Shown here: positions 17,857-26,766 of the stretch, in pieces | Position numbering within the stretch: position 1 is the stretch's first letter | Layout: the number at the start of each line of letters is the position of its first letter | Assembly: GCF_001306055.1 (NCBI RefSeq) | Contig: NZ_LGHJ01000013.1 | Location: 30,001 to 62,000 of the forward strand | Direction: 5' to 3' | DNA length: 32,000 bases | Source of the DNA: Bellilinea caldifistulae | GTDB lineage: Bacteria; Chloroflexota; Anaerolineae; Anaerolineales; Anaerolineaceae | Notes under the pieces: generated by a model | What the model saw: the letters and a program-made list of their open reading frames with translations, nothing else | What the model was told of the DNA's origin: nothing | The model's database searches: none | Made by a program: the position numbers and the translations under genes

Positions 17857-18285
17857 ATGGTGAAACCACAGGTTTTTGCCCTGTTAGCAGCCATCTGCTG
17901 GGGAGTCGGTGGCTATTTTGAAAAGAAAGGTTTGCATCTGGGTAACCTTTCGCCCACCATGGGAATCACCATCCGCACTCTGATTGCCTTTATTTTGCTG
18001 GCAGTTGCCTCATTTCCTCAGTGGAAAACCGTGCCGCTGGCCGGCAGCAAAGCACTGCTCTATATGGTGATCGGCGGCGGTGTGGTTGCCGGGGCAGCCG
18101 GGATGTTGTGTTTTTACACCGCCATCAAAGGCGCTCCGCTCGGCCGGGTCATGCCAATCGCCTTTACTTCTCCCTTGTTCGGTGCATTGATGGGCTTGAT
18201 CGTTGGCGGAGAACCGCTCACCCTTAAAACCATTTTGGGAATGTCGTTGACAATTGGCGGGATTATTTTACTGACCATCGAGTAA
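17857..18285 (+). CDS. Half-size EamA-domain (DMT superfamily) membrane transporter
   Basis: 142 aa with about 4-5 TM helices and a single EamA-like domain (ALLAAICWGVGGYFEKKG ... MSLTIGGIILL). AAGGAGG lies just upstream. GTG 17860 is an alternative start with better spacing. Confidence 0.78.
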   Translation: MVKPQVFALLAAICWGVGGYFEKKGLHLGNLSPTMGITIRTLIAFILLAVASFPQWKTVPLAGSKALLYMVIGGGVVAGAAGMLCFYTAIKGAPLGRVMPIAFTSPLFGALMGLIVGGEPLTLKTILGMSLTIGGIILLTIE

Positions 18286-18327
18286 AATATAGAAAAGAAA
18301 ATCCCAGCCATAAGAGAAAAGAATTTT

Positions 18328-19716
18328 ATGACACCTCTGGTTTTGTACGACACCTACACCCGTACTTTACGCGAATTTCAACCGCTCAACCCGCCGGAAG
18401 TGGGCATGTACACCTGCGGGCCAACGGTTTATGATTATGCCCATATTGGCAACCTCCGCACCTACATATTCGAAGATATTCTCAAACGGGTTTTGTTATA
18501 CAACGGCTTTTCGGTCAAGCACGTTATGAACATCACCGACGTGGGTCACTTGACCTCGGATGCGGACACCGGCGAAGACAAAATGGAAGCCGGCGCCCGC
18601 CGCGCCGGAAAAACCGCCTGGGAAATTGCCGAGTACTACACGGAAGAATTCCGCAAAGACCTGAAACGCCTCAACATCCTGGAACCCACCATATGGTGCC
18701 GCGCAACCGATCACATCCAGGAGCAGATTGACTTCATCCGCTGCATCGAGGAGATGGGATACACCTACCGCACCTCGGATGGGATTTATTTTGACACCAG
18801 CAAACTGCCCTCTTACGGCTACCTGGGAAGACTGGACATTGAAGGACTGCAAGCCGGGGCGCGGATTGACATGGGTGAAAAACGCCACCCGACCGACTTT
18901 GCCTTGTGGAAATTCAGCCCCAAAGACCAGAAACGCCAGATGGAGTGGGACAGCCCGTGGGGAGTTGGTTTTCCCGGCTGGCACATCGAATGTTCCGCCA
19001 TGTCAGCAAAATACCTTGGCCCCTTCTTCGATATCCACTGCGGTGGCGAGGATCATATCACCGTCCATCACACCAACGAAATTGCCCAAACCGAAGCCTG
19101 CTACGGCACCCGTCTGGCAAATTTTTGGCTGCACGGTTACTTTTTGCAACTGGACGAAGGGGTTAAAATGTCCAAATCCAGCGGAAAATTCCTGCGGGTG
19201 GAATCGCTGATCGAAGAAGGCTACGATCCGTTGGCCTACCGCATGTTCTGCCTCAACGCCATTTACCGCCAGAAATTAAACTTTACCTGGGATGGACTGG
19301 ATGGGGCTGCCAAATCGCTTGATCGCTTGCGTAATGCCTTTTATGAATGGGGCGCACCGGGTGAACCCGACCCCGCCTACTTGCAAAAATTCCTTGAAGT
19401 CATCAATGATGACCTGAACATGCCGCGCGCCATGGCGCTGACATGGGATCTGGTGCGCTCGGATCTTCCCAATGAGGTCAAGAAAGCCACCCTGCTCGAT
19501 TTTGACCGGGTACTGGGGTTGGATCTGGCTAACTGGCAGCCGCCCGAAGAGGTCATCCCCGATGAAATTTTACGGCTGGTCGAGCTGCGCCAGCAGGCTC
19601 GCGCCGAAAAGCGCTGGCAGGACGCCGACACGCTGCGCAATCAGATCGCCGCGGCCGGCTACGAAGTGATGGACACTCCCCAGGGACCCAAGGTCAAGCG
19701 TCGCCGGGGAAGTTAA
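18328..19716 (+). CDS. cysS: Cysteine--tRNA ligase
   Basis: 462 aa with class I signatures HIGN (YAHIGNLRT) and KMSKS (KMSKSSGKF), the YTCGPTVYD zinc/cysteine-site motif and a C-terminal DALR-like region. Confidence 0.95.
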   Translation: MTPLVLYDTYTRTLREFQPLNPPEVGMYTCGPTVYDYAHIGNLRTYIFEDILKRVLLYNGFSVKHVMNITDVGHLTSDADTGEDKMEAGARRAGKTAWEIAEYYTEEFRKDLKRLNILEPTIWCRATDHIQEQIDFIRCIEEMGYTYRTSDGIYFDTSKLPSYGYLGRLDIEGLQAGARIDMGEKRHPTDFALWKFSPKDQKRQMEWDSPWGVGFPGWHIECSAMSAKYLGPFFDIHCGGEDHITVHHTNEIAQTEACYGTRLANFWLHGYFLQLDEGVKMSKSSGKFLRVESLIEEGYDPLAYRMFCLNAIYRQKLNFTWDGLDGAAKSLDRLRNAFYEWGAPGEPDPAYLQKFLEVINDDLNMPRAMALTWDLVRSDLPNEVKKATLLDFDRVLGLDLANWQPPEEVIPDEILRLVELRQQARAEKRWQDADTLRNQIAAAGYEVMDTPQGPKVKRRRGS

Positions 19717-20879
19717 CTCCGTTTCAGCCGCAGCCAAAAGGTGCTGCCCCGCCCTACTTCACTTTGCACGCCAATTTCCCCGCCGTGCTGTTCAAGCACC
19801 TGTCGCGCGATGGACAACCCCAGCCCTGCCCCGCGAAAAAGGTGACCATGCACCTCATCCAGATGGTAAAAACGGTCAAAGATGTAGGGCAGGGCTTCCG
19901 GTGGTATCCCCACCCCGCTGTCACGAACCTCAATTTCCGCCCAACTTTCACGAGGGAATAAAGAGATTTCCACCTTTCCGCCGTTGGGGCTGAACTTAAC
20001 CGCATTATCCACCACCGCTGCCAGCGCCCGGCTGAGACTTTTCGGGTCACCATGCACCTGCACTGTGTTCACCGGCAGGTTGACTTGCAGATCAACCCCT
20101 TGCTTTTGCGCAGCCGGACGATAAGTTTCGACTACATCCAAAACAACCTGACCCAAGTCGGTTGGCTGAAATTCCGGCAGGATCAATTCCATCTCTTGTA
20201 AAAACAAAATATCGTTGATTAACGCCGTAATTTCCTGCAAATTTCGCGCCACGGTATCCAGGGCGCCTTGCAGAGTTTCTCCCTGCAACCTACCGGAGCG
20301 AATCATCTGCAAAAAGCCGTTGGCGACCATCAAGGGAGTACGTAGCTCGTGGGCAATTGTGGTCAAAAACTGGCTGCGGGCTGCTTCCTGTTGAGAAAGC
20401 CGGCGGTAGGCTTCGCTCAATTCCTCGGCTTTTTTCCGCAGCTCGGCAATGGCAATCTCGTCGTTCTCCCTCAACCGGCGGCTGACTTCCCTGACCATCG
20501 CCAGAGAAAGCTGGCTGTTGGTATGCAGTAAATTTACAAAGGCCTCCCGTTCCATTTCCAGAACTTCTACATCCGTTAATGCGGTAATCGTCGCCGCCCG
20601 GGGAGCATCATGGATGATTGCCATTTCGCCGAAAAAGTCACCGGCAGATAAATGTTTTAAGATCCGCTCTTCATTTTCATTAAACTTTTTGGTGACCTCA
20701 ACCTCTCCATCTAACAAGATATAGAAAGTTGTTTCGTAAGCCCCTTCCGTGGTCAGTTTACTGCCTTTCGGATAGGCGCGAATCCTGCCCGCTGAGATGA
20801 TTTCCATCAACTCACGCTCGGAGAGCGCCGGAAAGGCTTTTTGGATGACAGCCAGCCAGTGTTTCACGGAGTTTCTCAT
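19713..20879 (-). CDS. Soluble sensor histidine kinase with N-terminal cyclic-nucleotide-binding domain
   Basis: 388 aa with no TM segment. The cNMP-binding phosphate-binding cassette is [20 protein letters not shown] coiled-coil linker follows, then H-box [10 protein letters not shown]-box [13 protein letters not shown]1 [15 protein letters not shown] and G2 [10 protein letters not shown]. Confidence 0.88.
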   Translation of the reverse strand: MRNSVKHWLAVIQKAFPALSERELMEIISAGRIRAYPKGSKLTTEGAYETTFYILLDGEVEVTKKFNENEERILKHLSAGDFFGEMAIIHDAPRAATITALTDVEVLEMEREAFVNLLHTNSQLSLAMVREVSRRLRENDEIAIAELRKKAEELSEAYRRLSQQEAARSQFLTTIAHELRTPLMVANGFLQMIRSGRLQGETLQGALDTVARNLQEITALINDILFLQEMELILPEFQPTDLGQVVLDVVETYRPAAQKQGVDLQVNLPVNTVQVHGDPKSLSRALAAVVDNAVKFSPNGGKVEISLFPRESWAEIEVRDSGVGIPPEALPYIFDRFYHLDEVHGHLFRGAGLGLSIARQVLEQHGGEIGVQSEVGRGSTFWLRLKRS

Positions 20880-20976
20880 AAGATATTGTCTCTATTATAT
20901 CCTTTAGGCAGCTACTTGCTTTATAGGAAAAACAAAAAATTAACTACCTTCCATCCGTTTGTCCATAAGCAAAGAG

Positions 20977-21041
20977 TTAAATTTATTTTAACCACCCCTT
21001 AACACAATCATCGAAAGGCATTAAACATGACTTGTTATGAT
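20977..21041 (+). promoter_or_regulatory. Pho-box-like array (TTAAAT, TTAACC, TTAACA, TTAAAC at 11-bp phasing) plus candidate -10 TATGAT
   Basis: The hexamers start at 20977, 20988, 20999 and 21021, giving spacings of 11, 11 and 22 bp. TTAACA matches the Bacillus-type PhoP half-site TT(A/T/C)ACA. TATGAT is at 21036-21041. The pstS Shine-Dalgarno GGAG is at 21073 and the ATG at 21085. Confidence 0.5.
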
Positions 21042-21084
21042 GTTGTAGTGATTTCCAAACACTTTTATATCAGGAGAGAAATGT

Positions 21085-22185
21085 ATGTTGAATAAAGTTC
21101 GCCCACTGTTCTTTGTGTTGGTTGTACTCGGTCTGATCTTGTCAGCCTGTGCACCTGCTACTACTCCGACTGAGACAACCCAAACCGAAAAAATCGTTGA
21201 GAAAACAGTTATTCAAACACAGGTGGTTGAGGTAGAAAAAATCATCACCCCCACCGCTGGACCAGTAGAAGGCACCATTCTGGTTGATGGATCCAGCACG
21301 GTTGCACCAATCACTCAAGCAGTTGCTGAAGAATTTCAAAAAGTCTATCCCGAAGTTCGCGTTCCGGTCGGCATTTCCGGTACAGGGGGTGGCTTTAAGA
21401 AATTCTGCAACGGTGAAACCGACATCTCAGACGCATCCCGGCCGATCAAACCCTCCGAGGTAGAACTCTGCCAGAAAAATGGAATCGAATATATCGAGCT
21501 GCCGGTGGCATTTGATGGGCTGGCCGTCATGGTTAATCCTTCCAATAACTTTGCTGCATGCCTCACCGTTGAAGAGTTGAAGAAAATCTGGGCACCCGAA
21601 GCCGAAGGTGTGATCACCAATTGGAGTCAAGTACGGGAAGGCTTCCCCAATCAACCTTTGACCCTCTACGGGGCTGGCACCGATTCTGGTACGTACGACT
21701 ACTTCACTGCCGCAATCGTCGGTGAGGAAGGTTCGAGCCGTGGCGACTTCCTGCCCAGCGAAGATGACAATGTGCTGGTGCAGGGTATCGCTGGCGATCC
21801 CAACGCCCTCGGTTTCTTTGGCTTGGCTTATTATGAAGAAAATCAGGACAAACTTAAGCTGGTTGCCATTGATAATGGCGATGGTAACTGTGTGTTGCCT
21901 GATCTCACCACCGTTTCACAAGGCACCTATCAACCCTTGTCTCGGCCGCTGTTCATTTACGTCAACCGCGCCCGGGTAGACCAGAAGGATGAAATCAGTC
22001 TGTTCATTGACTTCTACCTCAAAAACGCCGGACAGCTTTCTAAAGAAGTGGGTTACATTCCCTTGACCGATGAAATCTATCAGCTGGCGCAAAAACGCTA
22101 TGACAACCGCGTGACCGGTTCAATCTTCGAAGGCCAGGGCTCAACCATTGGTGTTTCGCTGGCCGATTTGCTCGCTAAAGAGTAA
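21085..22185 (+). CDS. pstS: Phosphate ABC transporter substrate-binding lipoprotein
   Basis: 366 aa with a signal peptide and lipobox LILSAC, a Thr/Glu/Val-rich tether, and then PstS-fold motifs ([29 protein letters not shown]). Confidence 0.93.
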   Translation: MLNKVRPLFFVLVVLGLILSACAPATTPTETTQTEKIVEKTVIQTQVVEVEKIITPTAGPVEGTILVDGSSTVAPITQAVAEEFQKVYPEVRVPVGISGTGGGFKKFCNGETDISDASRPIKPSEVELCQKNGIEYIELPVAFDGLAVMVNPSNNFAACLTVEELKKIWAPEAEGVITNWSQVREGFPNQPLTLYGAGTDSGTYDYFTAAIVGEEGSSRGDFLPSEDDNVLVQGIAGDPNALGFFGLAYYEENQDKLKLVAIDNGDGNCVLPDLTTVSQGTYQPLSRPLFIYVNRARVDQKDEISLFIDFYLKNAGQLSKEVGYIPLTDEIYQLAQKRYDNRVTGSIFEGQGSTIGVSLADLLAKE

Positions 22186-22203
22186 ATTCTCGTTCATCTG
22201 ACT

Positions 22204-22248
22204 CAGACAGGAATGGGACGAATACCCTCGTCCCATTCCCTCTGTCTG
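22204..22248 (+). promoter_or_regulatory. Strong intercistronic stem-loop between pstS and pstC (no U-tract)
   Basis: A perfect 12-bp stem pairs 22210-22221 (GGAATGGGACGA) with 22228-22239 (TCGTCCCATTCC) around a 6-nt loop. Six further bp extend it (22204-22209 with 22243-22248) across a 3-nt bulge. It is followed by TGTCATGGAAGG rather than a T-run. Confidence 0.55.
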
Positions 22249-22271
22249 TGTCATGGAAGGAAAGCCATATT

Positions 22272-23192
22272 ATGACTACCACAATCCAATCCCTGAAATC
22301 ACAAAATCACCTGAAGCGCGATCGCGAAAAGAAAATTGTTCGAGCGTTAACTTTTGTCTTCGCCCTTCTTTCAGTGGGTACCACAGCGGGGATCATTTAT
22401 GAACTTCTTAACGAAACCATCCTGTTCTTTCGGGAAGTTTCCATAATCGAATTTTTCACCGATACCCGTTGGACTCCTCTGTTTGCTTCCAAGCGATTCG
22501 GCGTTCTGCCGCTGGTAAATGGCACCTTACTGGTTGCCGCTGGCGCAATGCTGGTCGCAGTACCGCTCGGTTTATTGGCTGCAATCTTTCTGAGCGAGTA
22601 CGCTTCGGAAAGGTTGCGCCGAATCCTGAAACCGATTTTGGAAATTCTGGCAGGTATTCCAACCGTGGTCTACGGTTATTTTGCCCTGCTATTTATTACG
22701 CCCATCTTACGAGACCTGTTCCCCGAAACCCAAATTTTCAACGCGGCCAGTGCTTCAATCGCCATGGGATTCATGATTTTACCGCTGATGGCTTCAGTTT
22801 CGGAAGATGCCCTATCGGCGGTACCCCGTTCGCTCAGGGAAGCGGCCTATGCAATGGGTGCCACCAAGTTTGAGACTGCAACTCAGGTCGTGTTACCCGC
22901 AGCCCTATCCGGTGTGGCTGCCGCCTTTATTTTAGCGGTTTCACGTGCCATTGGTGAGACGATGATTGTTGCAATCGCTGCCGGTCAACAACCTAAACTG
23001 ACCCTTAATCCGCTCCAATCCGTTGAAACCATGACCGCATACATCGTTCAGGTTAGTTTGGGAGATACCCCACACCAAAGCATTGCTTATAAAACGATCT
23101 TTGCGGTGGGAATGTTGTTGTTCGTTATGACTTTGGTCATGAACATCATCAGCTACTTTGTCACCAAACGTTTTAGGGAGAAATACGAATGA
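22272..23192 (+). CDS. pstC: Phosphate ABC transporter permease PstC
   Basis: Polytopic permease with the EAA loop [14 protein letters not shown] placed the start at ATG 22272 (MTTTIQ), downstream of GGAAGGAAAG. The ORF-track GTG 22248 lies inside the hairpin. Confidence 0.92.
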   Translation: MTTTIQSLKSQNHLKRDREKKIVRALTFVFALLSVGTTAGIIYELLNETILFFREVSIIEFFTDTRWTPLFASKRFGVLPLVNGTLLVAAGAMLVAVPLGLLAAIFLSEYASERLRRILKPILEILAGIPTVVYGYFALLFITPILRDLFPETQIFNAASASIAMGFMILPLMASVSEDALSAVPRSLREAAYAMGATKFETATQVVLPAALSGVAAAFILAVSRAIGETMIVAIAAGQQPKLTLNPLQSVETMTAYIVQVSLGDTPHQSIAYKTIFAVGMLLFVMTLVMNIISYFVTKRFREKYE

Positions 23193-24076
23193 GCACTTTG
23201 ACCGCTTTGAGAGATGTCACTTTTGAACGCAATCTTTCCCTGCGTAAGCTGAAAGGCAAATTATTTGAGATCATCGCCTTTTTTGCGATCCTTTTGGGCA
23301 TTGCCATGCTGCTTACCCTGCTCATTGATGTGTTTTTGGATGGATTACCCTGGATAAGCACCAAACTGATCACCGAGTTTCCCTCGCGTTTTCCAGATAA
23401 AGCCGGACTGCGTTCAGCGCTTCAAGGTTCAGTGTGGTTGATGGTTCTGACGGCTGTGATGGCGATCCCGATTGGTGTTGGAGCAGGAATTTATCTGGAA
23501 GAGTTCGCCCCACAGAATCGGATCACACGTTTTATCGAAATTAATGTGGCAAATTTAGCAGGCGTGCCTTCGATCATCTATGGATTGTTGGGATTGGGTT
23601 TGTTCGTTCGCCAGTTAGGTCTGGGAAGAACCCTCATCGCCGGTGCAATGACCATGGCTCTGCTGGTGCTTCCCATCATTATTGTCACCACCCGCGAAGC
23701 CATTCGTGCCGTGCCTCAATCCATCCGTCAGGCGGCGCTCGCCCTGGGTGCCACGGATTGGGAAGTATCCCGCGATCATGTGCTGGTCTATTCTGCCCCT
23801 GCGATAATGACCGGTATCATCCTGGCAATGTCCCGTGCGATTGGAGAAACCGCTCCATTGATCACCATAGGCGCTTTGACCTATATTGCCTTTGATCCGA
23901 AAGGTCCTTTTGATATTTTTACGGTGCTTCCGATTCAGATTTTCAACTGGGTATCTTTGCCCAACCCTGATTTTCATGGTTTAGCCGCGGCAGGGATTAT
24001 AATATTGCTGGCGGTTTTGCTTTCCATGAACGCCCTGGCCATCTGGCTGCGTAATCGGCTGCAAATCCGTTGGTGA
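23189..24076 (+). CDS. pstA: Phosphate ABC transporter permease PstA
   Basis: 295-aa polytopic permease with the EAA loop [17 protein letters not shown] overlap with the pstC stop, and AGGGAG upstream. Confidence 0.93.
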   Translation: MSTLTALRDVTFERNLSLRKLKGKLFEIIAFFAILLGIAMLLTLLIDVFLDGLPWISTKLITEFPSRFPDKAGLRSALQGSVWLMVLTAVMAIPIGVGAGIYLEEFAPQNRITRFIEINVANLAGVPSIIYGLLGLGLFVRQLGLGRTLIAGAMTMALLVLPIIIVTTREAIRAVPQSIRQAALALGATDWEVSRDHVLVYSAPAIMTGIILAMSRAIGETAPLITIGALTYIAFDPKGPFDIFTVLPIQIFNWVSLPNPDFHGLAAAGIIILLAVLLSMNALAIWLRNRLQIRW

Positions 24077-24077
24077 A

Positions 24078-24890
24078 ATGACTGGGAGCTTTAACTTGAT
24101 CATGGACAACAACCACGTCGTTTTAGAAACTAAAAATCTCAATGTCTTTTACGGCAATTTTTTAGCCATTAAAGACGTCAATTTTCAGGTTTTTCGCAAT
24201 CAAATCACGGCCATCATTGGACCCTCAGGCTGTGGTAAATCCACCCTCTTAAGATCGTTTAACCGGATGAATGAATTGGTACCCTCAGCCCGTTCGGAGG
24301 GAAAAATTCTTTTTAATGGCGAGGACATTTACGATCCCACAATTGATCCGGTTGAGGTCCGCCGCAAAATTGGCATGGTTTTCCAAAAACCTAATCCCTT
24401 TCCCAAGTCCATTTATGAAAATATCGCCTGGGGGTTGAAAATTAACGGATTCCGCGGTTCAAAATCCGAAATGGACGATCTGGTCGAACAGGCCTTGCGC
24501 GGCGCAGCGTTATGGGATGAAGTTAAGGACAAATTGGATCAAAGCGGACTATCACTCTCCGGCGGCCAGCAGCAACGTCTTTGCATTGCACGAGCAATCG
24601 CCATCAAACCCGAAGTGATTTTGATGGACGAACCTGCGTCAGCGCTTGATCCAATTGCAACTTTAAAAATTGAAGATTTAATGCGTGAATTGAAGGAAAA
24701 CTATACAATTGTCATAGTAACTCATAACATGCAGGAAGCGGCTCGAGTTTCAGATTATACTGCGATGATGATGTTAACCGGTGAGGGAGAACGTTCCGGA
24801 ACGGTGATTGAATTCGACCGTACCAACATTATCTTTACCCGCCCCAAAGATAAACGCACCGAAGACTACATCACCGGCCGTTTCGGCTAA
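24078..24890 (+). CDS. pstB: Phosphate ABC transporter ATP-binding protein
   Basis: Walker [10 protein letters not shown], signature LSGGQQQRL, Walker [12 protein letters not shown] and the PstB-typical C-terminus DYITGRFG. Confidence 0.95.
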   Translation: MTGSFNLIMDNNHVVLETKNLNVFYGNFLAIKDVNFQVFRNQITAIIGPSGCGKSTLLRSFNRMNELVPSARSEGKILFNGEDIYDPTIDPVEVRRKIGMVFQKPNPFPKSIYENIAWGLKINGFRGSKSEMDDLVEQALRGAALWDEVKDKLDQSGLSLSGGQQQRLCIARAIAIKPEVILMDEPASALDPIATLKIEDLMRELKENYTIVIVTHNMQEAARVSDYTAMMMLTGEGERSGTVIEFDRTNIIFTRPKDKRTEDYITGRFG

Positions 24891-24914
24891 ATTTCAAACA
24901 GGAAAGGCTTTCCA

Positions 24915-25595
24915 ATGCCACGCGAGACCCTAATCCGCCAAATTAACCAGATACGGGATGAAATCCTCATTCTCGGCAGTATGGTAGAACAGGCTACCCT
25001 ATCTGCCATTCAGGCATTAAAGAACCGCGATACCCATCTGGCGCGCGAGATTTTCGAAGCCGATCAAAATATCAATGAAAAACGTTTTGCCATTGAAAAT
25101 GCCATCATCACCCTCATGGCAACTCAGCAGCCCATGGCCCGCGATCTGCGCGAAATGACCGCCATGCTCGAGGTCAACACCGAACTGGAACGCATGGGAG
25201 ACTACGCCAAAGGTATTGCCAAAGTAGTCACCCGTCTTGGCGAAGGCGATGTGATCATTCCCATTCAAGAAATTGAAAAGATGGCAGAAATTGCTGTCAG
25301 CATGTTGCACCGGGCTTTAGGAGCGTTTGTTTCGGAAAACCACGTTCAGGCTCTTGCCATTCCAAAGGAAGACGATCAGGTAGATGAATTGTTCAACCAG
25401 GCTTACCGAAAGATCATCGAGGCGATGATCGCCAATCCCAACCTGATTGATCACACCAATCTCATGTTGTGGGTCATTCACAACCTGGAACGATTGGCCG
25501 ACCGGGTGACCAACATCTGCGAACGAACCGTCTTCAGCGCTACCGGCGAACTGTTTGAGATTGATGGAATGGACGAAGACGACGCCAACGTCTGA
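24915..25595 (+). CDS. phoU: Phosphate signalling complex protein PhoU
   Basis: 226 aa with two PhoU-type three-helix repeats carrying acidic E/D motifs (EADQNINEKRF, EDDQVDELFN). It immediately follows pstB. Confidence 0.92.
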   Translation: MPRETLIRQINQIRDEILILGSMVEQATLSAIQALKNRDTHLAREIFEADQNINEKRFAIENAIITLMATQQPMARDLREMTAMLEVNTELERMGDYAKGIAKVVTRLGEGDVIIPIQEIEKMAEIAVSMLHRALGAFVSENHVQALAIPKEDDQVDELFNQAYRKIIEAMIANPNLIDHTNLMLWVIHNLERLADRVTNICERTVFSATGELFEIDGMDEDDANV

Positions 25596-25626
25596 GCTGC
25601 ATTCGGGTATTTCCTCGCCAAAACCA

Positions 25627-25661
25627 TCCCCCACCTGACCTGTGGCGGGGGATTTTTCTTT
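25627..25661 (+). terminator. Rho-independent terminator after phoU
   Basis: A GC-rich stem pairs TCCCCCAC (25627-25634) with GTGGCGGGGGA (25642-25652), with one bulge and a 7-nt loop. It is followed by TTTTTCTTT (25653-25661). Confidence 0.6.
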
Positions 25662-25665
25662 GCGG

Positions 25666-25695
25666 TTAAAAAAGCAGGCCAGACAATGCTATAAT
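25666..25695 (+). promoter_or_regulatory. Candidate promoter for CHAD-ppx (TTAAAA-18 nt-TATAAT)
   Basis: A perfect TATAAT lies at 25690-25695. A weak -35 TTAAAA lies at 25666-25671. The GAGGAGG Shine-Dalgarno at 25712-25718 and the ATG at 25726 follow. Confidence 0.35.
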
Positions 25696-25725
25696 GAAAA
25701 CCAATCAGCACGAGGAGGTGCCCTC

Positions 25726-26766
25726 ATGCCAAAGCCAAAGTCTTCCCCCAATCCCAATGTTCAAATATTCGGAGCAGCCATCATCCTGCGACAATTGAGC
25801 GCGATGGTGGATGAAATGGAGGGCGTAAAAAAAGCCGAAGATATTGAAGCCGTCCACCGCATGCGGGTTGCCTCCCGCCGCCTGCGGAGTGCTTTGCCCA
25901 TTTTCGGGCCATTTCTCGCCCCCCGCCGGCATGAAAACTGGCGTAAACGAATCCGCGCCATAACCCGCGCCTTAGGCGCCGCACGCGATACAGATGTCCA
26001 AATTGAACACTTAACCGAACTGGTCAGCCGGCTTACACCGCCCGAACGCGCCGGCGTGCGCCGATTGCTGCTGCGCCTTCGCCAGCGCCGGCGCGAGATG
26101 CAGAAGGACGTCCTCAAAGCCCTGCGCCGGCTGGAAAAAGACGATCTGGTAGCCGAAATTACCCAGAAACTGGCCCCGTTTGAAATTTACAAGAATCAAC
26201 TGGACTTAAGCGATCCGCCTTTGCGTAAACTGGCCGATGAACAAATCCAGGCCAGACTGGATGAGTTTCTTGCGTTTGAACCGTATGTGAACCGCCCGGA
26301 ATGCGTCAGCGAATTGCACGCCATGCGAATTGCCGGAAAACACCTGCGCTACACCCTGGAATTTTTTGCTCCGCTTTTTGAGGATGAATTGAAACCCTTT
26401 ATCAAATCCCTGCGTCAGTGTCAGGACTTGTTGGGGGCAATTCACGATGCCGATGTGTGGATTGCCTACCTGCCACAATTCATTGAAGAAGAACGCCAGC
26501 GCACCATCGAATATTTCGGTCACGCCCGTCCTTTCAAGCGTCTGCTACCGGGGCTGTTTTATTACCAAAAACTGCGCGAAGAAGAACGCCAGAATCTTTA
26601 CCAGCAATTCGTCAATTCGTGGCAGGAATGGCAGGCCGAAAATTTGTGGGAAAACCTGCGCCGCAGAGTTGCCTTCCACTTACCCGATTCTGAGCCGGAT
26701 TCACAGGCGACTGCCGTTTCTGCCCAGACAACTCAGCCGGAGGAGAAGAATGATGGAGAATCCTGA
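25726..26766 (+). CDS. Stand-alone CHAD-domain protein (polyphosphate-granule associated family)
   Basis: 346 aa, helical, with repeated conserved His/Arg motifs typical of CHAD (VHRMRVASRRLRSAL, LHAMRIAGKHLRYTLEFF, IHDADV). I placed the start at ATG 25726 behind GAGGAGG. The ORF-track extension covers the terminator and promoter region. Confidence 0.85.
   Translation: MPKPKSSPNPNVQIFGAAIILRQLSAMVDEMEGVKKAEDIEAVHRMRVASRRLRSALPIFGPFLAPRRHENWRKRIRAITRALGAARDTDVQIEHLTELVSRLTPPERAGVRRLLLRLRQRRREMQKDVLKALRRLEKDDLVAEITQKLAPFEIYKNQLDLSDPPLRKLADEQIQARLDEFLAFEPYVNRPECVSELHAMRIAGKHLRYTLEFFAPLFEDELKPFIKSLRQCQDLLGAIHDADVWIAYLPQFIEEERQRTIEYFGHARPFKRLLPGLFYYQKLREEERQNLYQQFVNSWQEWQAENLWENLRRRVAFHLPDSEPDSQATAVSAQTTQPEEKNDGES

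Noticed and set aside
18286-18327. A possible T-box or other leader upstream of cysS.
   Set aside because: The intergenic spacer is only 42 nt, far too short for a T-box riboswitch. I saw no specifier or terminator-antiterminator structure.
20894-20899. A perfect TATAAT on the minus strand 15 nt upstream of the histidine-kinase ATG. This would imply a very short, SD-less leader.
   Set aside because: There is no acceptable -35 or extended -10, and the region is AT-rich so chance hexamers are likely. I noted it only as something to check with TSS mapping.
26447-26749. ORF-track N-terminal extensions of real genes: ppx from 26447, CHAD from 25642, murC to 6052, murD to 10244, ftsI to 14412, lipB to 29116, the aminotransferase from 16379, pstC from 22248 and murG to 7676.
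   Set aside because: In each case the extension overlaps the upstream gene, a terminator or a hairpin. Each lacks a Shine-Dalgarno sequence, while an internal start with an SD or start/stop coupling sits right before the first conserved motif.
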